Assembly (NCBI GenBank): GCA_050694055.1
Contig: JBOGWX010000053.1
Coordinates: 6,251 to 70,250 of the forward strand
Reading direction: 5' to 3'
DNA: 64,000 nucleotides
Source: Actinomycetota bacterium
GTDB lineage: Bacteria; Actinomycetota; CADDZG01; WHSQ01
Position numbers and translations under genes: made by a program. Below the pieces are notes generated by a model. That model was not told the origin of the DNA. It ran no database searches and saw only the letters and a list, made by a program, of their open reading frames with translations. Shown here in pieces: positions 8,786 through 20,827 of the stretch (the stretch's first letter is position 1; the number at the start of each line of letters is the position of its first letter).

Positions 8786-9706
8786 TCAGACCTTCAGGTG
8801 GATGGCGTCCCGTAGCAGCTCGAAGCGCGCGGGCGTGTAGCCGAGCACCTCTCCGTCGGCCTCGAGCAACAGTGGCGGCTCCGACTCGATGGATGCTTGG
8901 ACGCGCTTCGCCTCGAGAATCTTGGGGTGAGGAACGTGCTGGCCCTTGTAGACCTTGGGCATCACCGCAATGGCGTCGCGTTTGCTCGCGTGCTCGATCT
9001 GAAAGTCGAGCACCCCGTCCGTGGGGGCCGCCTTGGGGGCGATCTTCATGCCGCCTCCGAAGAACTGTCCGTTGGCTATCACCATGTTGTTCATCTCGCC
9101 TTCGTAGGTGCGAGTCATGAGATCGACCTTGACCCGAGCGGGTTTGTGGCGGGCGATCGTCAGCCAGAAGGCGAAGAAGTAGACGGTCGGACCGAAGAAG
9201 CGCGGCAGGCGGGCGGCTCGCTCGACGACCCGGGCTCCCAGACCAGCCTCCGCGACGTTGGCAAAGTAGCGGACGACTTCCGAGCCGTTCTCGGTGAAGG
9301 TGATCTTGCCGATGTCGATCGGAAAGAACTCGTCACCGTCGAGGTGGACGACCGCGTGGCTGGGCGACGACGGGATGCCGAACGTCTTGATGAAGTCAGA
9401 GCCCGTCCCTGCGGCGACCACGCCGAGCTTCGCCTCGGGGTTGGTCGCCTTGTCGTCCTCGATAAGCCCGTTGACGACCTCGTGAATGGTGCCGTCGCCC
9501 CCCACCGCCACGATGAGCTGCCGGCCTCGCTCGAGCGCCTCCTTGGTCAACAGCGTGGCATGACCGCGGCCCTCGGTTCGCACGACCTCGTACTCGAGCC
9601 CGCGCTCGACGAGCAGCCGCTCGACCTCGGGAAGGCACTTGCCCACCGCACCCCTGCCCGCATTGAGGTTGCACACCAGGGTGAGAACCCCGTAGGGAGA
9701 GCTCAC
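8786..9706 (-). CDS. Diacylglycerol kinase-family lipid kinase (YegS/BmrU-like)
   Basis: ORF 8786..10651 trimmed to GTG 9704-9706, which overlaps the TGA of the upstream gene. VAVGGDGTIHEVVNG motif. The upstream 315 codons are Arg/Pro-rich junk overlapping the next gene in another frame. Confidence 0.85.
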   Translation of the reverse strand: MSSPYGVLTLVCNLNAGRGAVGKCLPEVERLLVERGLEYEVVRTEGRGHATLLTKEALERGRQLIVAVGGDGTIHEVVNGLIEDDKATNPEAKLGVVAAGTGSDFIKTFGIPSSPSHAVVHLDGDEFFPIDIGKITFTENGSEVVRYFANVAEAGLGARVVERAARLPRFFGPTVYFFAFWLTIARHKPARVKVDLMTRTYEGEMNNMVIANGQFFGGGMKIAPKAAPTDGVLDFQIEHASKRDAIAVMPKVYKGQHVPHPKILEAKRVQASIESEPPLLLEADGEVLGYTPARFELLRDAIHLKV

Positions 9707-11141
9707 GCGGGCTCCGGCTGGTTCAGACCGAGCGCTCCCGGGTTCATGATGCCGTGGGGGTCCAACGCGTTCTTGATCTCTCTTAGGACGTCGAAGGAAG
9801 CCCCCAGCTCCTGCGGAAGCCAGCGGGCGCGCGTTCTGCCGATGCCGTGATGGTGGCTGATCGAGCCACCGGCCGCGAGACAGGCGCTCATTCCGGTCTC
9901 CCACCACCGGTCGATGCCGGCCGCAGCCTCGTCGTCGTCGGTGCACATCTTCGCAAGGGTGAAGTAGAGACAGGCGCCGTCCGGATAGATGTGAGACACG
10001 TGACAGGTGACGAAGTCGGCTTGCCCGGACAGCGCGTCCTTCAGGGAGTGGTAGAGCTCGCGCAGCACGGTCCAGGTTCCTGCGACCTCCATCGTGTCGA
10101 TGATGGCATGGGGGCCGAGCATCCCCGTCCCGGACATGAGCCTGGTGTACTCGACGACGGCTGCGTTGCGGTAGTTCCACCAGTGCTCGACCAGGGCATC
10201 GTCGAGCCGCTTCCCGCGGCATAGAGCCACCGCAGACTCCGCCCGGCGCGCCGCATCGTCTCCGTCGAAGGACATCAGCAGGAGCGGTCCGGTGGGGGGA
10301 TCGTCGAGGCTCATGGTGAGGAGGACCGAGTCTTCTCTGTCGTAGGCCCGCACCACGGTGGGTTCGAGACGGGATTGCGCCAGAGCCCGGCACGCGGCCA
10401 TTGCGTCGCGCATGTGCTCGAAGCCGATGCAGGCATCGACCCGCATTTCCGGGACGGGCGACACCCGCAACGTGACCTCGGTGACGATTCCCAGGGTCCC
10501 CTCGGAGCCCAGCATGAGGGCGGCGAGGTCGGGCCCGGTCGAGCGGCGGGGCACGACTTTGCTCCGCAGCACGCGTCCGCCTGGAAGCACGGCTTCGAGA
10601 CCCGCGACGAGCTTCTCGATCCCTCCGTAACGAGCAGATAGCTGCCCACACGCGCGCGTGGCGATCCAGCCCCCGACACTCGAGATGTCGTGGGATTGTG
10701 GCTCGTGGCCGAGCATGAAGCCGTGTGCAGCCAGCGCCTCCCGCAGTTCCGGTCCCGTGACGCCGGCGCCAACCGTGACCAGACGACTCTTGGGGTCGAT
10801 CTGGGAGATGTGATCTAGCGCGCGCATATCGACCACGACAAGACCTCGGCCCACGACGCCCTCGACGACGCTGGAACCTCCGCCGAAGGGCACGAGGGGT
10901 ACGCGCTCTTCGTGTGCCCAGGTGAGCAGCCTTCGGACCTCGGTTACGTCGCGCGGTCGCACGACGGCGAGAGGAGCACCGGCCGGTTCTCCCGTCCTGC
11001 GCGCGAGCAATGCACGCGGCGACCAGTCAACCGCGTGCTCCTTTAGATCGACTGCATCCACACTCACTCGGTCGGGGCCGAGCAACGATGTGAGCCGGCC
11101 GGCGACTTGCTCCCCCAGGCCGTGCACCTCCGAACCCGCCG

Positions 11142-11145
<4 letters not shown>
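9703..11145 (-). CDS. FAD-binding oxidoreductase (FAD-linked oxidase, GlcD / alkyl-DHAP-synthase-like)
   Basis: ORF 9703..11346 trimmed to GTG 11143-11145, which overlaps the thiolase TGA. PCMH-type FAD-binding region [36 protein letters not shown]. Confidence 0.8.
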
Positions 11146-12338
<1,193 letters not shown>

Positions 12339-12520
12339 GTGCAGAGTTTCACACAGGAGCTCGTCGCGCCGGGCAAGAAAGGGGGCCCGCCGGTGAGGCG
12401 GAGAGGCTCCCGACCGCCGCCCAGTGTGACCCCCGGTCCTTTGCCAGGATCGCTCACTTTGTTCCGCATAACGAGCCATTCCGAGCAAGGTTCCTCGTCG
12501 ATGATTCTCATCGCCGGGAT

Positions 12521-13552
12521 CTAGGGACGGTGGCGCGCCGGCAGTTGCTCGAAGGTGCACGCTCGGGCCGGCTTGTCCGGGCGCCAGCGACGAAATTGCG
12601 CACCGTGGCGAAAGCGGTGTCCCTGCATGTGGTCGTAGGCAACCTCGCAGACGAGCTCGGGCCGCAGTGGGATCCAGGCGACGTCCTTGCCCGAGTTCCA
12701 ACGACTCGGCCCCCCCGGAGTGCGTCCACCCCCGAAACTCTCTCCCCCCTCCAACGGTTTGAGCCGTAAGAGGAGCTCGACGCGCGTCGCGGCGCGAAAG
12801 GCGGACGAGAAGCCGACGTAGTGGAGCGTGCCCTCGGCGTCGAATAGCCCCAGCAGCAGGGATCCGACGCCCGCTCCAGACTTCGCCTGCCGGTATCCGC
12901 CGACCACGCAGTCGGCCGTGCGCTCGTGCTTGACCTTGGTCATGACCCGTTGACCCGGTTCATAGGTCTGCTCGACGCGCTTGGCGATGAGCCCGTCCAG
13001 GCCGACGTCTTCGAGCTCCGTGTACCACGCGCGGGCGAGCTGGGCGTCCGCCGTCTGGGCGGTGAGATCAACCGACGGCCCCGGAGTGGTCGCGACCTCC
13101 AAAGGCCCCCGCGCCTCGCCCAAGAGGGCCTCGAGTCGAGCGCGCCGCTCGGTCAGAGGCTCACCGGTCAGGTCCTCGTCTCCCTGCGCGAGCAGGTCGA
13201 ACACGACGAAGGTCGCCGGAGTCTCCGCCGCGAGCCTTCGAACCCGCGACTCAGCGGGATGGATCCGCTGCAACAACACGTCGAAGTCGAGTCCCTCGGA
13301 GTCGGGGATGATCACCTCCCCATCGAGGACGCAGGCAACGGTCAGGCGTTGAGCGATGGCGTCGCGCACCTCCGGGAAGTAGCGCTCGAGGTCCCGCCCG
13401 TCGCGGCTCTCGATGTGCACTTCGTCGTCCGCGAACGCCAGCGCCCGGAAACCGTCCCACTTCGGCTCGTACACCCAACCGGGTCCGACGGGAATGTCCT
13501 TCGCCACGCGCGCGAGCATTGGCTCGAGCGGCGGCTTGAGCGGAAGAGTCAC
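12521..13552 (-). CDS. ATP-dependent DNA ligase (ligase domain only, LigC-type)
   Basis: 343 aa. Adenylation motif [10 protein letters not shown]. No polymerase or nuclease domains and no Ku gene nearby. Confidence 0.85.
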   Translation of the reverse strand: MTLPLKPPLEPMLARVAKDIPVGPGWVYEPKWDGFRALAFADDEVHIESRDGRDLERYFPEVRDAIAQRLTVACVLDGEVIIPDSEGLDFDVLLQRIHPAESRVRRLAAETPATFVVFDLLAQGDEDLTGEPLTERRARLEALLGEARGPLEVATTPGPSVDLTAQTADAQLARAWYTELEDVGLDGLIAKRVEQTYEPGQRVMTKVKHERTADCVVGGYRQAKSGAGVGSLLLGLFDAEGTLHYVGFSSAFRAATRVELLLRLKPLEGGESFGGGRTPGGPSRWNSGKDVAWIPLRPELVCEVAYDHMQGHRFRHGAQFRRWRPDKPARACTFEQLPARHRP

Positions 13553-13679
13553 CTCTCGAATGTAAGGGTTTCGTCGCCGGAGGGCATCTGCGCCCCAGCC
13601 GGGTCGGCGTGGCGGTTATGGGGCATCCGTGCGGGATATCCGCATGATTTGCTTTGGGCGACTTGGTTTGAAAGACTGA

Positions 13680-14636
13680 ATGCATCGGTTGAGACGCAGC
13701 CGAACCCCGCTCCGGGGTGGGCTCGTTCTCCCTTTTTCCCCCTGGGCGCGGTCGACTCCATTGGCGCGAACCGAGGAGGTTTTTATCCTGGCGACGCATG
13801 AGGTCGAGGTCCGGGCGCAGGAGCTCGGGAGCACCCGGCCCCCACCCGCTAGCAGCATTCCGCACCTCTCTTCCGTGGACTCGTCCGGCGAGGCCAGGGC
13901 CGAGGTCGACGACGAGCTTCTGGTCGTCTATCAGGCCTCGAGCGGGGCCGAGCGTGAGCGCCTCAAGGCCGAGATCGTCGAGCGGATGACCGGGCTGGTC
14001 CGGTTCCTCGTGCGACGCTACGCCGGCAGAGGCGAGAGTTACGACGATCTCCTGCAGGTGGGCATGCTCGGCCTCCTGGGCGCCATCGACCGGTTCGAGC
14101 CCGAACGCGGGGTGCGCTTCGCCTCCTTCGCACGCCCCTCCATCGTCGGCGAGGTGAAGCGGCATTTCCGCGACAAGACCTGGGCGGCTCGGGTTCCGCG
14201 CCGGTTGCAGGAGCTGAGCCTCAGCGTCTCCGCGGCCGAGGCCGAGCTCTTCCAGGAGCACGGTCGCTCCCCCACTGCCCTCGAGGTCGCCGAGCGCGTC
14301 GGCGCTACCGAGGAGGAGGTCCTGGAGGCCAACGAGGCCGCGCGGTCCTACTCCGCGGTGTCGATCGACCAGCCCCTGGACAGCGGCGACGGTGAGACCG
14401 GATCTCTGGCAGACCTCATCGGCGGCGTGGACCGTGACCTCGAGAAGCTCGAGAACCTCACCGCCCTGGAACCGGCGATCGCACAGCTCACTCCGAACGA
14501 CCGCCGGCTGCTGCAGATGCGCTTTTTTCGCGGCATGGTCCAATCGGACATTGCGGCGGAGCTCGGGGTGTCCCAGATGCAGGTGTCGCGCCAGCTGGCT
14601 CGGGTGCTGGCCCGGCTCAGGGGTTCCATCACCTGA
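13680..14636 (+). CDS. Sigma-70 family RNA polymerase sigma factor (SigB/SigF-type)
   Basis: Region 2 YDDLLQVGMLGLLGAIDRFEPERGVRFASFARPSIVGEVKRHFRD. Region 4 HTH MVQSDIAAELGVSQMQVSRQLARVL. The start is uncertain: a strong GAGGAGG lies at about 13773-13779, inside the ORF. Confidence 0.8.
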   Translation: MHRLRRSRTPLRGGLVLPFSPWARSTPLARTEEVFILATHEVEVRAQELGSTRPPPASSIPHLSSVDSSGEARAEVDDELLVVYQASSGAERERLKAEIVERMTGLVRFLVRRYAGRGESYDDLLQVGMLGLLGAIDRFEPERGVRFASFARPSIVGEVKRHFRDKTWAARVPRRLQELSLSVSAAEAELFQEHGRSPTALEVAERVGATEEEVLEANEAARSYSAVSIDQPLDSGDGETGSLADLIGGVDRDLEKLENLTALEPAIAQLTPNDRRLLQMRFFRGMVQSDIAAELGVSQMQVSRQLARVLARLRGSIT

Positions 14637-14746
14637 ATTCGAGGGAATGATCTGCGCAGAGCCTGGTAGCTTTTCTGCGAATCGACTACTGAGCCGACCA
14701 GGGGACACCGCCGGCTCACCTGGGACGGCCTTGGGAAAAGGGAAGC

Positions 14747-15475
14747 GTGGACACAGATCTGACGCGGGGTCTCGAGAGGATCCACAACCTCCTCGTCGCC
14801 GAGGAGGATCTGAATTCGACCTTACGGGTGGTCGCCGAGGTCGCCGTGAGGGGCATCGCGGGATGCGATTGCGCGGGGATCACCCTCGTCGAAGACGATC
14901 AGGTGCAGTCGACTGCCTGCACCGACGCGCTGTGCGCCGAGATCGACCGGGACCAGTACGCGACCGGCGAGGGCCCCTGCGTGGACTCCATTCGGACCAA
15001 CACGATCATGCGCCTGGGCAAGGCGGCTACCGACGAGCGCTGGCCCCAGTTCGGACCCCTGGCCCAACGCCATGGCGTCGAGAGCGTGCTCGCGACTCCG
15101 CTCGAGGTCCAGGGCCGCGTCTTGGGGGCGCTGAACCTTTACGGGAGTAAGCCCGAGGCGTTCGTGGACGACGACGTCGACATCGCCACCCTGCTCGGAG
15201 CACATGCCGCCGTGGTTCTGGCCAACGTCCAGGCCTTCGAGGACTCCTCCCGGCGCTCCCAAGACCTCGCCAAGGCCCTCGAGTCGCGCGGCATCATCGA
15301 GCGCGCCAAGGGCATTCTGATGGAGCGAGAGAAGTGCTCGTCCGACGAGGCCTTTCAGATGCTGGTGCGGGCCTCGCAGGCCCTCAACCGCAAGCTCCGT
15401 CAGGTGGCCGAGGACGTCGTGGAGGACGCCGAGGGCCCGGATCACTCCGATGAAGCAGGTACCGGACAGCTCTAA
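14747..15475 (+). CDS. GAF and ANTAR domain-containing RNA-binding regulator
   Basis: N-terminal GAF-like region. C-terminal ANTAR IERAKGILMEREKCSSDEAFQMLVRASQALNRKLRQVAEDVV. Confidence 0.85.
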   Translation: MDTDLTRGLERIHNLLVAEEDLNSTLRVVAEVAVRGIAGCDCAGITLVEDDQVQSTACTDALCAEIDRDQYATGEGPCVDSIRTNTIMRLGKAATDERWPQFGPLAQRHGVESVLATPLEVQGRVLGALNLYGSKPEAFVDDDVDIATLLGAHAAVVLANVQAFEDSSRRSQDLAKALESRGIIERAKGILMEREKCSSDEAFQMLVRASQALNRKLRQVAEDVVEDAEGPDHSDEAGTGQL

Positions 15476-15530
15476 GCAGGTGCTTTGCCGCTCGGACGCG
15501 AGGAACCCAGCGAGTCTCTAACATTCAACG

Positions 15531-16424
15531 ATGGACTCGACTCTCACACTGCTCGTAGACGCTGCAAGCCTGATCTACCGAGCCCTTTTCTCCACTCCGG
15601 ACACGGTCCGGTCCCGCGACGGGGTCCCGATGAACGCGGCCCACGGGTTCTTGTCGATGCTCGCGAGGCTTGTCGCCGATCACGATCCCGACTACCTCGG
15701 TTGCGCGTCGGATGAGGACTGGAGGCCCGAGTGGCGGGTCCAACTGGTCCCGAGCTACAAGGCGTACAGGGCGGAACCCGGAAGCGCCCAGGAAGAGGCC
15801 GAGCGAAGACTCGCTCCCCAGATGCCGGTCATCCTCCGCTTTCTCGAACGGTGCGGCGTAACGGTGGTGGGACACCGAGGCTACGAGGCGGAGGACGTGA
15901 TCGGAACCCTGGCCGAGCGATCACCGGGGCGCGTCTCGATCGTGTCGGGAGACCGAGACCTCTTTCAGCTCGTGCGCGACCCGAAGGTTGCAGTCCTGTT
16001 CCCGCGGCGAGGCGTGAGCGTCGTAGATCTCGTGAACGAGACTTACATCGAAGATCACTACGGGATCCCCGGCCGGTCCTACAGGGACTTCGCGGTCCTG
16101 CGAGGTGACCCCTCGGATGGACTCCCTGGGGTGCGCGGCATCGGCGACAAGCTGGCGGCTTCGCTACTCGCGCGGCACGGAAGTCTCGACGCCATATTGC
16201 GTGCGGCCGAGGACTCCGGCCGTGGCGTGCTCGGCAAGGTTCGAATGCAACGCGACTACGTCGAGCGCGCCGCACAGGTGGTCGCGATTCCCACCGACCT
16301 TCCGATCGAGCCCGTGGACTTGACGAGGTCCCGGCGACGTCCCGACGACTCGGTCTACGCCGAGGCGGCGAGCTCCGGGGTCGAGGGCCCGGTGCGGCGT
16401 CTCGTCGACGCCCTGAGCGGCTAG
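15531..16424 (+). CDS. 5'-3' exonuclease (FEN/PIN-like plus H3TH)
   Basis: LLVDAASLIYRALF, VSGDRDLFQLV and GDPSDGLPGVRGIGDKLA motifs, as in the Pol I-type 5' nuclease domain. Confidence 0.85.
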   Translation: MDSTLTLLVDAASLIYRALFSTPDTVRSRDGVPMNAAHGFLSMLARLVADHDPDYLGCASDEDWRPEWRVQLVPSYKAYRAEPGSAQEEAERRLAPQMPVILRFLERCGVTVVGHRGYEAEDVIGTLAERSPGRVSIVSGDRDLFQLVRDPKVAVLFPRRGVSVVDLVNETYIEDHYGIPGRSYRDFAVLRGDPSDGLPGVRGIGDKLAASLLARHGSLDAILRAAEDSGRGVLGKVRMQRDYVERAAQVVAIPTDLPIEPVDLTRSRRRPDDSVYAEAASSGVEGPVRRLVDALSG

Positions 16425-19063
16425 ACCTCGAGGGACGAGTACGCCACGACGCCCCGATGAAGCGCGTCGACGCCGGCTCTGAGGCGCTTTCGTCGTTCCT
16501 CTGAGGGGCTGGCCTCGACGAGTTGGCGGAGCAGGTCGACGAGCTGCTTGGTCGCGCGCACGAAATCGCCGGGCGCGTCGTCCTCCTCGAGCACGTCCTC
16601 GAGCGCCACGCCCGAGGCCCACAGGTAGGCGCTCTCGGCGAAGCCCGGGTCGGGTTCACGCGTCAGCTCGACTCCGTGGTTCTCTTCGTTGGCACGAATG
16701 TCGCGCCACAGCTCGAGCACCCGCATCCACGCCTGCTGGCTGCTCGCCGTCGGCATCCCGTGGAAGTCGGGCGGCTCGGGTCCGCGCGTCTCGTACACGA
16801 GGGTGGAGGCGACGGCGGCCAGCTCGGCTGTGCCGAGTCCCTCGAAGAGGTCCGACCGCAGCGCCTCGACCACCAGTAGGTCGGACTCGTTGTAGACGCC
16901 CGTGAGGGTTTCGCCGATGGGCGTGAGGAACCAGTTCTCGACATAGCCGCGCTCCTCGAGCACGGCCAGAACCTGTTCGAAGCGCCGCGCCAGAGTCGTG
17001 GTGCGCCGACCGATCCTCCTGCTCAAACGCAGGTTCTCCCGTTCGAGGTTCTGGGCGCGCTCCGCGAAGTGCAGATGCCGTGAAAGGTCGGGGCACTTGT
17101 GACAGGGATGATTCTCGAGCGCGGCCCGCGCGGCCTGCAACTCCGGATTGTCCTCGAAGTCGGAGGCCCGCTCCCGGCGCCGACTGGGTTTCACTTCGAC
17201 CGCATTGAGCCTGCGGGCGAGGTGGCGACGGGCGCGCGCGGCACGAACGTGAAATGACTTGGGAACGTCGAGATGGGCCACGGGGCGGGGTGCCTCGCCG
17301 AAATCGTACGCTCCGAGGCGGACGATCGACCGCTCTCCCGATAGTGCAAGCACCTTCGGCTTGCGCTCCGCCTTGCGCTGGCTGACCTCGAGCACGGCGT
17401 AGCGGCCGGCGCGCTTGCCGGAGTGGACGTCGACCACGTCTCCCGGGCGCAGGGCGGTCATCGCCTCACCGATGCGCGCCGGGTCGGTGCGCGCCTGAAG
17501 AGGTCGCGATCGATCGACCTCTCTTGCGAGCTCCCTGTATTCCTCGATGTCACCGAGATCGCATGCCATTCGCTCGCGATAAGAGGCGAGGTAAGCCCCC
17601 TGGCGCTCCAGCGTCTTCTCGAGCTGAACGATGTCGCGGTCGGCCTGAAACTGCGCGAAGGACGAGTTGACGAGGTGCTCCGCGTCCGCTCGGTCGTGGC
17701 TGCGCACGAGGTTGACCGCCATGTTGTAGCTGGGTTGGAAGCTGCTCTGCAGGGGATAGGTGCGGGTCGACGCGAGCCGCGTAATCGTGTCGAATGGCGT
17801 GAACCGCTGCATCAACACGACCGAGTTACCGGCGACGTCGATTCCCCGTCGTCCCGCCCGGCCCGACAGTTGTGTGTACTGACCCGGAGTCATCAATTCG
17901 TGCTTCTCGCCGGTGAACTTGGTGAGTGACTCGATGACCACGGTGCGGGCGGGCATGTTGATCCCGAGTGCCAGCGTCTCTGTGGCGAATACGACGCGCA
18001 CGAGGCCCTCGGCGAAGAGCTCCTCGACGATCTCTTTGAAGGGAGGAATCATTCCGGCGTGGTGTGCGGCGACGCCGTTGACGAGACCTTCGGCGAACTC
18101 GTCGTAACCGAGCACGTCGAGTTCGGCGTCCGAGAGGTCGGTCACCCGGGACTCCACGGTCGCCCGAATATGGCGCCGCTCGTCGGGAGCGGTCAGCCGG
18201 ATGTTCTCGCGCAGACATTGCTTTACCGCCTGCGCGCAACCCTTACGAGAGAAGATGAAGTAGATGGCGGGAAGCATGTCCTCCGCGTCGAGGCGGTCGG
18301 CTACCTCGGTACGAAGCGGGATGCGAGCCTTCTTGTAGGCCGGCCGCTTACCGCCCCTGCCCGGCCGGCCGCCCCGCTTGGGCTTCCGGTCGAACTCGCG
18401 GGCGCGCGGGTTGGGTGCCGGATCGCCCCCCGGTTGCTGGACGAACATCGGCAGTAGCTCGTCGGCGGCCATGTAGAGATGGCGGATCTCGACCGGTCGC
18501 ATCTCCTCGATGATGACCTCGACCCGCCCCCGCAAGGTTTGCAGCCAGTCGGCGAACTCCTCCGTGTTCGACACCGTCGCCGACAACGAGGCCGTTTGGA
18601 CCTCGACCGGGAGGTGGATGAGAACCTCTTCCCACACCGCTCCCCGGTAGCGATCCTGCAGGTAGTGGACCTCGTCGAGCACGACGTAGTGGAGGCCGGC
18701 AAGCGTGGGACTGTCCTCGTAGATCATGTTGCGCAGGACCTCGGTCGTCATGACCACGATCGGAGCATCCCCGTTGAGCGAGTTGTCTCCCGTGAGCAAA
18801 CCGACGTTCGCGGCGCCGTGAATGGCGACGAAGTCCCCGTACTTCTGGTTGCTCAGCGCCTTGATGGGAGTCGTGTAGAAGGTCTTTCCGCCCCGCTTGA
18901 GGGCGAGCCACGCGGCGAACTCCCCCACGACCGTCTTGCCGGCTCCCGTAGGCGCGGCCACCAGGACGGAGGCGTCGTCCTCGAGGGCCGCGCAGGCCTT
19001 GCGCTGGAAGTCGTCGAAGGGAAAGCCGTAGCTGCGCTCGAACTGCGCTGCGAGGCTGGTCAT
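16421..19063 (-). CDS. helY: Ski2-like DEAD/DEAH-box RNA helicase HelY
   Basis: 880 aa. Walker A AAPTGAGKT, DEVH box (LDEVHY), C-terminal DSHCT-like region. It holds the conserved actinobacterial position next to tatC. Confidence 0.9.
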   Translation of the reverse strand: MTSLAAQFERSYGFPFDDFQRKACAALEDDASVLVAAPTGAGKTVVGEFAAWLALKRGGKTFYTTPIKALSNQKYGDFVAIHGAANVGLLTGDNSLNGDAPIVVMTTEVLRNMIYEDSPTLAGLHYVVLDEVHYLQDRYRGAVWEEVLIHLPVEVQTASLSATVSNTEEFADWLQTLRGRVEVIIEEMRPVEIRHLYMAADELLPMFVQQPGGDPAPNPRAREFDRKPKRGGRPGRGGKRPAYKKARIPLRTEVADRLDAEDMLPAIYFIFSRKGCAQAVKQCLRENIRLTAPDERRHIRATVESRVTDLSDAELDVLGYDEFAEGLVNGVAAHHAGMIPPFKEIVEELFAEGLVRVVFATETLALGINMPARTVVIESLTKFTGEKHELMTPGQYTQLSGRAGRRGIDVAGNSVVLMQRFTPFDTITRLASTRTYPLQSSFQPSYNMAVNLVRSHDRADAEHLVNSSFAQFQADRDIVQLEKTLERQGAYLASYRERMACDLGDIEEYRELAREVDRSRPLQARTDPARIGEAMTALRPGDVVDVHSGKRAGRYAVLEVSQRKAERKPKVLALSGERSIVRLGAYDFGEAPRPVAHLDVPKSFHVRAARARRHLARRLNAVEVKPSRRRERASDFEDNPELQAARAALENHPCHKCPDLSRHLHFAERAQNLERENLRLSRRIGRRTTTLARRFEQVLAVLEERGYVENWFLTPIGETLTGVYNESDLLVVEALRSDLFEGLGTAELAAVASTLVYETRGPEPPDFHGMPTASSQQAWMRVLELWRDIRANEENHGVELTREPDPGFAESAYLWASGVALEDVLEEDDAPGDFVRATKQLVDLLRQLVEASPSEERRKRLRAGVDALHRGVVAYSSLEV

Positions 19064-19082
19064 GCCTTGACTCTAGTGCGGC

Positions 19083-19889
19083 TCAGGCCGCCGCCTTGGC
19101 CTTGTTTCTCGTGACGAACCGCAACAACAGGATGGTTCCCTCGTACAGCAGGTACAGCGGGACGGTCAGCAGGAGCATGGTGTAGGGGTCCTGGCTGGGG
19201 GTCACCACCGCGGCAAGAGCGGCGATGCCGACGATCGCTACTCTCCGTTGCCTCTTGAGCTGGTCCACCGTGATCGCTCCCGCCAGCCCGAGGAAGAAAA
19301 GGATCAGGGGCAGCTCGAAGGCGACGGCGAAGCCGAGCAGCATGAACCCGACGAAGTTGAGGTACTCCTCGGCCCCCAGGAGCGGGTTCAGGCCCTCGCC
19401 GCCGATCTGGAACAGAAAGCGCAAACCAGTCGGCATGGCGTAGTACGCGATGGCGGCGCCGGCGGCGAACAGCGTCACCGCCGACAGCAGGAAAGGAAGC
19501 GTGTAGCGCTTTTCCTTGGGCGTTAGGGCGGGCGTCACGAACGCGTAGATCTCGTACATCCAGATCGGCGAGGCCGCGGCGAGCCCGACCAGGGCCGTGA
19601 GCTTGATGCGGAAGTTGAAGCCACCCGTCGCCTTGAAGAAGGTCAGCTCGCAGCCCTGTTCGCCCAGCAGGCGCCGCGGCACCTCGCACAGCGGTTGCTT
19701 GAAGAGGGCGAGGATCGGCTCGTAGAAGCCGAAGGCGACCACCGACAGCACCACGAAGGCGAGAGCGGACACGATGAGCCGGTCCCGAAGCTCGCCCAGG
19801 TGCTCCATCATCGACATCGAGGCGGCGTTGACCTTGTCCTTGCGGCGCCGGCGAAAACGCTGTCGGCGAGTTCTCAGGTCGGATGACAT
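19083..19889 (-). CDS. tatC: Twin-arginine translocase subunit TatC
   Basis: 268 aa polytopic membrane protein with MEHLGELRDRLI at the N-terminus. Its start shares 1 nt with the tatA stop. Confidence 0.9.
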   Translation of the reverse strand: MSSDLRTRRQRFRRRRKDKVNAASMSMMEHLGELRDRLIVSALAFVVLSVVAFGFYEPILALFKQPLCEVPRRLLGEQGCELTFFKATGGFNFRIKLTALVGLAAASPIWMYEIYAFVTPALTPKEKRYTLPFLLSAVTLFAAGAAIAYYAMPTGLRFLFQIGGEGLNPLLGAEEYLNFVGFMLLGFAVAFELPLILFFLGLAGAITVDQLKRQRRVAIVGIAALAAVVTPSQDPYTMLLLTVPLYLLYEGTILLLRFVTRNKAKAAA

Positions 19890-20320
19890 CAGGCGCCCTC
19901 CGCGCGCCTCTCGGCCTCTCGTTCGGCCCTGACGGCCCCCGCGACGGGGTGCTCGGTTGGCTTGCGCCCGTGGGGAGGGCTCTCCTCGGCGCCCGGATGC
20001 TCGGCGGCCTCCTTGGCGTCCTCCGGGCCCCCTTCGCTGCCCCTCTCGGCCGAGTGGTCCTCGTCGAGCCGCGCGAGGTCCTCATCGTCGTCGTCATCCT
20101 CGTCGCGCGCGGCCGCCGTCGTGGCGAACTCCTCGTCCTCCGGCTCGTCGCCGATGTCGAAGCCGTCCGAGAACTCCTGTTTGACGTCGTCGGCCATCGT
20201 TCGGACCTGTCTGATGAATCCTCCGACGGTGCGGGCGATCTCGGGCAGCTTCTCCGGGCCGAAGACGACGAGGGCCAGCACGGCGACGACGAGGATCTCC
20301 ATGGGACCTAGTTGGGGCAT
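19889..20320 (-). CDS. tatA: Twin-arginine translocase TatA/E family protein with a long acidic tail
   Basis: MPQLGPMEILVVAVLALVVFGPEKLPEIARTVG is the TatA TM-hinge signature (FGP.KLPE). Confidence 0.8.
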   Translation of the reverse strand: MPQLGPMEILVVAVLALVVFGPEKLPEIARTVGGFIRQVRTMADDVKQEFSDGFDIGDEPEDEEFATTAAARDEDDDDDEDLARLDEDHSAERGSEGGPEDAKEAAEHPGAEESPPHGRKPTEHPVAGAVRAEREAERRAEGA

Positions 20321-20369
20321 GGAGGCAGTCTAAAGGGGGTCCTTCCTAAGGTCGTGAAGGAAGTCGGGC

Positions 20370-20690
20370 TCAGGACCCAGTTAGGCGCGTGAGCCAGCGG
20401 TCGTCCGCGAGCTGGTGGTGGAAGTCGATCAGGTCGTCGAAGGTCAGCGGAGGACCGGTATGGACCTCGAGGGCCTCGGCCGGAATGTGAAGGGGCACGG
20501 GCATCACGCCACCCGACAGCAGGAGGCGAATGACCCGGTCGTCCGCCTGCTTCTCCACGAAGTCACCGCAGTCCGGGCAGGTGAACCCGTAGGTGTTGGC
20601 GGTCCGAGAGGCTCCGATGCGCAAGAGGATGTCGTCGGCCACCAAGTCGATCTCCCCACATCCGGGGCAAGCGGCCTTGATCGTGGTCAC
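20370..20690 (-). CDS. Hypothetical protein with a CxxC...CxxC zinc-ribbon
   Basis: 106 aa with CPGCG and CPDCG pairs 29 residues apart. Same strand as tatA, 50 nt downstream. No family recognised. Confidence 0.5.
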   Translation of the reverse strand: MTTIKAACPGCGEIDLVADDILLRIGASRTANTYGFTCPDCGDFVEKQADDRVIRLLLSGGVMPVPLHIPAEALEVHTGPPLTFDDLIDFHHQLADDRWLTRLTGS

Positions 20691-20827
20691 AACCTCTTCC
20701 TTTCTGCGTCCGTCTTTGCAAGAAGCGTTGCAAGAAGTATCGGCCGTACCTCCGACGGGTTTAGGAGCCGAAGGACTATTTCACTGCGCCTCTCAAGGCG
20801 GACGTCCGAGCGCCCGATTCCTCTTAC

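Noticed and set aside
9707-10651. N-terminal 315 residues of the 621-aa ORF 8786..10651. Similar long N-terminal extensions occur in ORFs 1182..2381, 4713..6236, 11142..12701, 22864..24024, 32870..33973 and 39473..41608
   Set aside because: The extensions overlap the upstream gene in another frame and are Arg/Pro-rich. Each has an internal ATG/GTG that overlaps or abuts the upstream stop and begins the conserved family N-terminus.
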